DNA of 64,000 bases from an uncultured delta proteobacterium. Its GTDB lineage: Bacteria > Desulfobacterota > Binatia > UBA9968. Made by a program: the position numbers and the translations under genes. The stretch spans positions 160,001 to 224,000 of the forward strand of contig CAWJZV010000034.1 of NCBI GenBank assembly GCA_963847445.1, written 5' to 3'. Below the pieces are notes generated by a model. The model ran no database searches. It worked only from the letters and a program-made list of their open reading frames with translations, and was not told where the DNA came from. Of this stretch, positions 57,002-64,000 are shown in pieces; position 1 is the first letter of the stretch; each line of letters opens with the position of its first letter.

Positions 57002-57140
57002 AGAAGTTGGCGACTCGATCGAGATACTCTGCTTCTTGGCATTGCCTCCCTAAGCAGAGCAGTGGGTGCGATTACAGCTTACGTGCTACTGCAACCTACC
57101 GCCGACTCAGGCGCCCTGTCACCCCGGGGCGCCTTTTTTA
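57002..57140 (+). ncRNA. Candidate ~135-nt small RNA
   Basis: TTCACT-16-TATGCT promoter, closing stem 57005-12/57100-07, internal 8-bp stem, terminator. Confidence 0.5.
57109..57140 (+). terminator. Rho-independent terminator
   Basis: aggcgccc-tgtcaccccg-gggcgcct followed by a T-tract. Confidence 0.8.
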
Positions 57141-57170
57141 TTTCACGCTCGGGTTCCGCTTATATTTTGG

Positions 57171-57345
57171 CAAAGGGGATGTCAAAGGAACGTTGTTGAC
57201 TGGCTGGACAAACTCTTTTCACTATCTTCATCTTCGACAACATCCCTTAATTCTGCGCAGACTCCCACTGCTCAGCAGCATGTGCGCGTGATTGTCCATC
57301 AACGCCCAGACGTAAAACCGGCGTCCCCGTATTGTTGCCACGACG
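57171..57345 (-). mobile_element. Remnant of RAYT-like Y1 (HUH) transposase, copy 1
   Basis: Minus-strand TGTPV/YVWALMDNHAHMLLSSG (HUH motif) joined to an end motif gtccagccagtcaacaacgttcctttgac shared with copy 2. Confidence 0.75.
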
Positions 57346-57552
57346 GCAGGCAAATTATTTTCTCACTATCAAAGTGACATCACGGATTTACTCAATGGAG
57401 TTGATATCTACAAATAAACATTACTTTATGGATGAGGGGGGGCTGGGATCAGTGGCGAGATGTACAACCAGTTTGGTAGGCATTCATGTCACTGACCTAC
57501 GCTGAATGCTCCTAATAAACTTCTTAGGCAAAAAATCGGAGAAGCGAATGTG

Positions 57553-58082
57553 CTAGGACTGACGGTCTGACACCAAACTGGATTCGATCGCGAATCCTGG
57601 ACGCATCTCGTATCGGATGAAGTAGTTATTGAAGCTGGTGTGCAACTCGAAATAAATCCGACCGTATTGGATGCGCTCGGATCTATTTGGCATGACGAGA
57701 TATTCAATCCGACGCTGATCCGCACCCGCCTCGATTAATTGATTAACCGCCTGTTGGAACACACCGCGCTTTGCGTTGTGTGCCGCTTCATAGAAATCTT
57801 TTAGGAAACTATCTTTTATAGCGGTCACCTGCTGCGCGGTTATCCAGAAATCTTGCACGTCGACCTTAATCTATTATTGAGATCGCAGGGAATTCCAAGA
57901 CAAATTGATGCCATTGCAATTTCGCGAAGCGTCGTGAGCCTTTCTTGGAAAAAAGTTGATCAAGAAACAGCTCTGAAATAACAAAGGGGGGAAAATAATT
58001 GTCAGTGTACACGATCAGGTCGAAGAGGGCACTGGTTTTTTTCGGTTTCGTGTACCTGGCTAAAGCCGAGTGCAGCTTTCAT
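57553..58082 (-). CDS. Hypothetical low-GC protein, probably frameshifted
   Basis: 101-aa ORF 57553-57858 plus upstream open segments to an ATG at 58082; no motif recognised. Confidence 0.4.
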
Positions 58083-58279
58083 TGAGAACTAAGCGCAGTC
58101 TACGATACGCCTGAGTTCTCCTATTCTAGTCCGAGCTTTTTTCCTTGCGCGCTTGGGAACGCTATCGGCAACACAAACTAGCGTAAGCGCTGCTAACCGA
58201 TTAAGATACGCAGAACAATCTCCAATGCCTTCTCTCCGACAGATGCCGCGAAAGATCGATCGAGCGAGGAAATACCGCC

Positions 58280-58562
58280 ATGCGTATGAAGAACCCGCCC
58301 CATCCTGGGCGCATTGTTCGCCAAGAGTGTATCGAGCCTCTGGGACTGACCGTAACTGAAGCCGCCAAGCGTCTCGGAGTAATCGCGGCAGACCTTGAAC
58401 AATCTGGTCAACGGCAAGGGCTGTGTCTCGGCCGAGATGGCGGTGCGCCTTTCTAAAGCCTTTGGATCAAGCCCCGAGGTGTGGCTCGGCATGCAGATGG
58501 AATACGACCTCGCGCGAGTCGAGAAGGAAGTGGGCAACATCAAGGTTAAACGAGTTGCATGA
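58280..58562 (+). CDS. higA: HigA-family antitoxin (one frameshift ~58381)
   Basis: [75 protein letters not shown]; absent from the ORF track. Confidence 0.9.
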
Positions 58563-58722
58563 GCGCGGAGCGGTGCTCCTAGCCGGGTCCGAAATCGGGT
58601 GGCGGGAATAACCTTAGACGGCACAGGAGATCAGCACAGATGTCGTCACGGGGTGGGGGTTGACTTCTCCGGCGATGACTTATTCCTTGACCTGTAAATG
58701 GTGAAGCGAGCTGTCTTACAAA

Positions 58723-59370
58723 ATGAAAAAACTAACTCTTGCACCGGAACAAGTCCTGGCCACGGATACTTCGTTTCCAGAAGACGATCTGGCGTTTCAG
58801 ATTTACTATCGGGTGTTTGCCAAAGGCGGTGGCGTATCATTGCCGCCCATTATCGTCGGCTCGATTAAATCACCGAGCGACTGGATTGCTCGGCTGGAGA
58901 GTGGATATTCGCACCGCGAGCATAGGGACCCGGATCTAGTTCGACAGCGGCGTCGAGAATATAGGATTTTGTTTGCGAAATTGCGGGAGATTCCGTATTA
59001 CATCCTCGATGGCAATCACCGGGCCTTAGCGTCAGCTTTAAGTCGACAGCCGCTCAATGCTCTTTACCTAGAGTCCGATGCAGACCTGCTGGAAGTCGAG
59101 CGAATGGTTTCAACCGGGGATCTGCTATCTTTCCCGCATGAAGCTGGGAGTGTGGAAGAGTTAGAAGGGCAATCGATTCAACACTTTCTGAAACTCAATG
59201 ATCTTCCGCCCAATCACGCTCTCAATGCTTCAAATAAGATCGATCTCACTCCTTTGGTGTCCGTCGCGACTCGTGCATACGATTTATGTTCGAGCAACAG
59301 ATTACCGCGCTACATGGTTAAGAACTACACGGCGCGGAAGGAAGGCCGTCCAAGGATACTGCCGAGTTAA
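58723..59370 (+). CDS. Hypothetical protein with ParB/Srx-like motif
   Basis: LPPIIV ... YYILDGNHRALA resembles the ParB N-terminal DG-H-R box. Confidence 0.6.
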   Translation: MKKLTLAPEQVLATDTSFPEDDLAFQIYYRVFAKGGGVSLPPIIVGSIKSPSDWIARLESGYSHREHRDPDLVRQRRREYRILFAKLREIPYYILDGNHRALASALSRQPLNALYLESDADLLEVERMVSTGDLLSFPHEAGSVEELEGQSIQHFLKLNDLPPNHALNASNKIDLTPLVSVATRAYDLCSSNRLPRYMVKNYTARKEGRPRILPS

Positions 59371-59414
59371 CCCACTCTGAGCCGATAGCGCGAGCAACAT
59401 TTGGCGGCGTGAAG

Positions 59415-59709
59415 GTCAAAGGGGACGTTGTCAACTAGCTGGACAAACTTCTTTTCAATATCTTGGACAACTTCGCTTAATGTGGGTCAACGCCCAGGCG
59501 TAAACCGGTGTCCCGGTTTCTCCGGTCAATCGCCCGAGCTGCCGCATGATCTCGTCGATCCTGTTGGTCAGCGAAGTTTCGCCGCCGCCCGATCCCGCGG
59601 ACCGTTGTGCAATGTCCCGGGACTATCCAGTCGTGCTTGCCTCGGCATAGATTGTAACTTTTGTTTTCCGAATTTCTCCACGTTCGAGTTCGTCCAGCTA
59701 GTCAATAAT
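59415..59709 (-). mobile_element. Internally deleted RAYT-like transposase element with imperfect terminal inverted motifs, copy 2
   Basis: ATG 59648: MPRQARLDSPGTLH / VRGIGRRRNFADQQDR / LGRLTGETGTPVYAWAL, then C-terminal LSKILKRSLSS-stop; ends gttgtcaactagctggac and gtccagctagtcaataat. Confidence 0.82.
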
Positions 59710-59739
59710 TTCCACTTTGTGACAACGATTCAGGCGTTG

Positions 59740-61929
59740 CTAAATTAAGCCGGGTCTAAAAATTGCCGATGGCCTTCGATCATGGCGGCAAACTGTGCTT
59801 GCTCCGTTTACTGAAATGGTTGCGGGAAATTTAGCGCTGCTGCGGCGCCAGCGCGCTAGCCACTTGTGGTCGAGCAGTGGCGGCGCCAACGGATGCTGGG
59901 CGGCGCTTTCAGCTCGGTTGAACGCGATCGTGGTCTCGCTCTTCGGGCCGGTGCCGACCCCTTGGGCGACCCAGAAGCCGGCGCTCAGCAATGCCACGCG
60001 CACGGCGGTGGCTGCGGAGTAAGTATAGAGTTCAGCCGGTTTGGCCAGGCAGCGGGCAAATATTCTCGCGAAGATTTCCCCGGTCCACAGTGCAGCGTCG
60101 GTTTTAAATGAGAAAGGATCGTAAAAAATCAGGTCGGGGATCGCTGCGGTTTCGATTAAGTCACGAAAGTCTCCTTGGAGAAGTTGCCAATGCAGCATTT
60201 CCGATGGGTGTTGCCAGCTCCCCTGGGAGAGAATCTTCGACGGCGCGCTGTGGTGCAGGTGCGGGAAGTAGCCGGAATGTTTGGCGGCGAGGGTGAGCGC
60301 ATCGAGATCCTGCTCAAAACTGAGCAGACGCAGGGGGCGCAGGCCGGCGCGGTTATTTCCCCCGTGGCAGCGCTCGAAGCAGTGAATCGCCGCCATGGCA
60401 TTGCTGGCGGCGCCCAGGCCGACATCCCAGATGACCAATTCGTCGGAGTTGCCGTGACTTGTTTTTGACCACGCTGATTCCAGCGTGGAACCACTAAATG
60501 GGGTTTCCAAAGGGGGTTGAACATCCCCTTTGCGATATTTAATTAGCGCCGGGGTCAATACCCCGGCCGCGAAGTGACTTCGTTTATTGACTAAGCGCGC
60601 GGCGAGAGCCGACTGCTCGATGTAAAGCTGGTTGGCTTCTTCGCTCGGCGCGCTCACCGAGTGCATGATTTCGCCGGAGCTGATTTGACGAATGCTGTAA
60701 AAACCATGAACCGAGCGGTGCAGCTCATAATCGCCCAGGCGGGCCGGCTGGACGACTTTGGTTTTCTTCGGCGGCCGGATCGGATTGTCTTCATCGGCGC
60801 GCATCAGCTCGGCGCGTTTCTCGCGGTAGTACGCGGCAAAGTTGCCGGCTAAAATTCGCTCGCGCATTTCCTTCATCAGGCGATGGTAGAACGCCAGGTT
60901 GTGCATGCCCAAGAGATGCCAGCCGAGCGCTTCAGCCGATTTGATCAGGTGGTGCAGGTAGGCGCGCGAGTAATCTCGGCAGCATTGGCAATCGCAAAGG
61001 GCGTCGACAGGGTCGTCGGCGAGTTTATGAACCGTGCGGCGCAACTGCAGTTTGCCGTGGGAGGTAAAGGCGACGCCGCGTTGCGCCAGTTGGGTCGGGA
61101 TAATGCAGTCGAACATGTCGACGCCGCGATGCACCGCCTCGAGAAGATCGCTGGGCGTGCCCACGCCCATGAGATAGCGCGGCAGCTGCGCCGGCAGCTG
61201 CTCGGTGACCAGCGCGGTGAGATCGTAACGCTCGGCGTGAGTTTCGCCGACCGCGAGACCGCCGATGGCGAAACCGTCGAAGGGCAGTTCGCGCAGGAAT
61301 GCGGCGCTGATTTTTCGCAGCTGCGCATGACAGGCGCCCTGAACGATAGCGAAGAGTGCGGCCGGGGCATCGCCGCGCGCCTGCAGCGAACGTTGCGCCC
61401 AACGATGGGTCAGCTCCATGGCTGCCTGCGCTTGAGGATACGCCGCGGTGGCGGGGATGCATTGATCGAGCACCATCATGATATCGCTGCCGATGGCTTG
61501 CTGCATTTCAATGCTCGACTCTGGCGACAGCAAGTAGCTCTTGCCATCGACGTAGCTTTTGAAGTTTGCGCCGGCTTCATTCATGGCTCGCGAATGGGGC
61601 AGCGAGAAAATCTGAAAGCCGCCGGAGTCCGTCAGCACCGGGCCAGGCCAATTCATGAAGCGGTGAATGCCGCCGAATTTCTTGAAGACTGCGGCGCCGG
61701 GACGAAGCAGGAGATGATAGGTATTCGCCAATAACAAGCGCGCGCCGGTTGCTTGCAAACTTTCCACGGTCTGCGCTTTGACCGTCGCCTGGGTGCCCAC
61801 CGGCATGAAGATCGGCGTTTCGACGGCGCCGTGCAGCGTTTGAAAGGTTGCCGCGCGGGCCCGGGAGCCAGGCGAACCGGCTTCCAGAGTGAACTGCAAT
61901 CGGGGGTTGTCGCGCGGTGAATTTACCAT
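59740..61929 (-). CDS. tgt: tRNA-guanine transglycosylase fused to a MnmC-like SAM methyltransferase domain
   Basis: TPIFMPVGT, LANTYHL, DSGGFQ, LDQC, GGLAVGE, RYLMGVG, DMFDC, CDCQC..HN; then GEIMHS, WDVGLGAASN, SFE, GDF, FYDPFS, TYS, GPKSETT. Confidence 0.93.
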   Translation of the reverse strand: MVNSPRDNPRLQFTLEAGSPGSRARAATFQTLHGAVETPIFMPVGTQATVKAQTVESLQATGARLLLANTYHLLLRPGAAVFKKFGGIHRFMNWPGPVLTDSGGFQIFSLPHSRAMNEAGANFKSYVDGKSYLLSPESSIEMQQAIGSDIMMVLDQCIPATAAYPQAQAAMELTHRWAQRSLQARGDAPAALFAIVQGACHAQLRKISAAFLRELPFDGFAIGGLAVGETHAERYDLTALVTEQLPAQLPRYLMGVGTPSDLLEAVHRGVDMFDCIIPTQLAQRGVAFTSHGKLQLRRTVHKLADDPVDALCDCQCCRDYSRAYLHHLIKSAEALGWHLLGMHNLAFYHRLMKEMRERILAGNFAAYYREKRAELMRADEDNPIRPPKKTKVVQPARLGDYELHRSVHGFYSIRQISSGEIMHSVSAPSEEANQLYIEQSALAARLVNKRSHFAAGVLTPALIKYRKGDVQPPLETPFSGSTLESAWSKTSHGNSDELVIWDVGLGAASNAMAAIHCFERCHGGNNRAGLRPLRLLSFEQDLDALTLAAKHSGYFPHLHHSAPSKILSQGSWQHPSEMLHWQLLQGDFRDLIETAAIPDLIFYDPFSFKTDAALWTGEIFARIFARCLAKPAELYTYSAATAVRVALLSAGFWVAQGVGTGPKSETTIAFNRAESAAQHPLAPPLLDHKWLARWRRSSAKFPATISVNGASTVCRHDRRPSAIFRPGLI
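60454..60580. mobile_element. In-frame 120-bp palindromic insertion flanked by GTGACTT direct repeats
   Basis: gtgactt at 60454-60 and 60574-80; three 8-bp hairpins at 60469-88, 60508-32 and 60548-67. Confidence 0.7.
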
Positions 61930-61932
61930 GGG

Positions 61933-62120
61933 TCGGATTATCTCTCGCAAAGGCGCCAAGGCGCGAAGTTGACGGGCGGATGCCCGTCATCCGGAGCGAA
62001 CGCGAGGGATCTAAGAGAGATTTCTCCCTTCGGTCGCAATGACATCCCTTCCGACCTTGGCGTCTTTGCGCCTTGGCGAGAGGAACATCCGAATCTCGAT
62101 CCTGTCTGAAAATTCGCGCA
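61933..62120. repeat. Composite palindromic element, copy B
   Basis: ctcgcaaaggcgccaaggcgcgaag...gtcatccggagcgaacgcgagggatct...agatttctcccttcggtcgcaatgac...cttggcgtctttgcgccttggcgag. Confidence 0.8.
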
Positions 62121-62224
62121 TATCGCATCGTATCACTGGTTGGCGCACTGGCGCGAGGGGCGTTCTTGTGTCGGCCACGGCGCCTAAGGTATAAATTTTA
62201 CTCGATTGAAGGAGAATGCTTGCC

Positions 62225-63482
62225 ATGGCAAACGCGGAAATCGTCGCGATCGGTTCGGAATTGCTGCTCGGTCAGATCGTCGATACCAATTCGGCCTGGA
62301 TGGCCCAGCGGCTCACTGCGCTGGGGGTGAATTTATATTTCAAATCGGTGGTCGGGCGATAATCCTGAGCGCATGAAGGAAGTGATCGCGCGGGCGGTGG
62401 AGCGCGCCGACATCGTTATCACCAGCGGCGGCATCGGGCCGACCCAGGACGATTTGACTCGCGACATCGTCGCCGAAGTCACCGGTCGCAAACTGGTTCA
62501 AGACGCCGGCATGCTGGAGCAGGTCGAAGGCCACTTTCGCCGGCGCGGCCGGCCGATGACGCCCAACAATCTGCGCCAATCCTATATGCCGGAGGGAGCG
62601 ATCCCGGTGAAAAACCCCAACGGCACGGCACCGTCCTTTGTCGTCGAAGATCCGCGCGCCGTGGTTTTCTCGTTGCCCGGCGTGCCGGTGGAGATGAAAT
62701 GGTTGTTCGAAAACGAAGTCGAGCCCTATCTCAGAAAGAAGTTCAATCTCGCCGAGGTGATTCACTACCGCGTGCTCAAGATCGTCGGCATCGGCGAGAG
62801 CGCGGTGGACGATAAGGTCGGCCACTTGATCGCCAACTCAAGCAATCCAACCGTCGGCGTGCTGGCGTTACCCGGCCAAGTCGACGTGCGCATCGCCGCC
62901 AAGGCGGCCAATCGCGCCGAGGCGATGAAGATGATCGCACCGGTGGAAGCCGAGGTGCGCGAGCTGTTGGGCACGGCGATCTTCGCCGCCGACGAAGAAA
63001 CCATGGAGGTTGTCACCGGCCAATTGCTGCGCGAAAAAAACCACACCGTGGCGGCGTGCGAGGATCTCACCTGCGGTCAATTGGCGGAGCGCCTGCAGAC
63101 CGCCGGCAATGAGAACTTCGGCGCCGGCTTTATTTGCAATAACGAAAATGCCCTGCGCTCATTACTGAAAAACGCGCGCAGCGGCATAAATCTCGACGCG
63201 ACTTTAAAAGATCCAACCGCGCTTACCGACGAAATGGCTTGGGCGGCGCGCCAACAGTCCGGCTGCGATTTCGGCTTGGCGCTGCACGCCATCGCCGATC
63301 CCGACAGCAAGATTCAAAATCTCGCGCGCGGGCAGACCTATGTTTCGCTTACCGACGGCAAGACTTTTCTCAGGCGTGAAAGCACCAGCGCCGGCCGCGG
63401 CGCCTACGACCGCTCGCGCATGACGCTCAGCGCCATCGATTTGCTCAGAACGGCGTTGTTGGAAGGGATGAATCAGAAATAG
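62225..63482 (+). CDS. cinA: CinA-family protein (frameshift ~62355); C-terminal PncC domain degenerate
   Basis: [46 protein letters not shown]. Confidence 0.9.
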
Positions 63483-63486
63483 TTGC

Positions 63487-63684
63487 GTGCGCAAATTTTC
63501 TTAGCCCCGAACATCTCGGAGTCGGGTATTCCTCGCGCCAAGGACGCCAAGGTCGCAATGTTCGGAATCGTTGTCATTTCGACCCTTGGGAGGAATCTAT
63601 CTTCGATCCCTCGTGCTCCCTCGGGGTGACGGGCATAGGCCGTCACCTTTGCGAGCTTTGCGTCTTTGCGGGAGATAATTCCGA
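63487..63684. repeat. Composite palindromic element, copy C (inverted relative to B)
   Basis: cgccaaggacgccaagg...gtcatttcgacccttgggaggaatct...gatccctcg...ctcggggtgacgggca...ctttgcgtctttgcgggagataattccga. Confidence 0.8.
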
Positions 63685-63741
63685 GTTTTCGGTTTTCGGC
63701 TGTGTCGCTCTCGGTCCTTGGTGGTGAAAAACTCTTGTCCA

Positions 63742-64000
63742 CTAGTTTTGCATAGTCAGTTTCGGTAACAGCGCTTGCAGTCGGCTGAGTGGCTCTTCCA
63801 AGCTCTGGATCGCTTCGCTCCAGAATTCAGTTTTCTCGATATCTCTGCCGACGGTTTGTCGCACGACATTCTCCGCCGTGTCGCTGCCGGCGCGGCGCAG
63901 GAATTCTTCGTATTTAGGCAGAAAACATCGCCTTCGTTTTTGAACATGGCGTAGAGGCCGCGGCTGAGCAGATAGCCGAAGGTGTAGGGGAAATTGTAGA
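63742..64000 (-). CDS. Oligoendopeptidase F (M3B) C-terminal part, one frameshift
   Basis: YNFPYTFGYLLSRGLY.../LPKYEEFLRRAGSDTAE...EFWSEAI...MQN-stop. Confidence 0.85.
   Translation of the reverse strand, partial: LQFPLHLRLSAQPRPLRHVQKRRRCFLPKYEEFLRRAGSDTAENVVRQTVGRDIEKTEFWSEAIQSLEEPLSRLQALLPKLTMQN

Noticed and set aside
57171-59520. Direct repeats as integron attC or prophage att sites
   Set aside because: They translate to Y1-transposase fragments; no integrase and no convincing attC architecture

Overview
GC-rich bacterial window. The gene content suggests a Binatia/deltaproteobacterial lineage; this is an inference, not a tested placement. Most long genes carry single-base frameshifts, consistent with unpolished long-read indels. 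From left to right the window holds: Moco genes (mobA, moeA, moeA-PBP); an HTH_17 gene and a sensor kinase; a four-gene Na+-pumping acyl-CoA decarboxylase operon; a cupin, plsY and OmpA; apbC-sufT-MEMO; and a 12-kb DUF4175/TPR-peptidase/MoxR/DUF58/BatA-VWA/DUF4159/VWA-GATase operon. These are followed by two convergent secreted MBL-fold genes, a probable structured ncRNA, a deaminase, nadX-TPP enzyme-MFS, an A1-type cytochrome c oxidase operon, a catabolic block with orphan solute-binding proteins, and surE. The right end has a second sRNA candidate, a ~2-kb islet (orphan HigA, ParB-like protein) bracketed by two decayed RAYT-type HUH transposase copies, a Tgt-MnmC-type methyltransferase fusion with an in-frame 120-bp palindromic insertion, cinA flanked by inverted composite REP elements, and the end of an oligoendopeptidase F gene. 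The best novelty candidates are the Tgt-methyltransferase fusion (possible N-methyl-preQ1 tRNA modification), the RAYT/REP landscape and the two ncRNA candidates.
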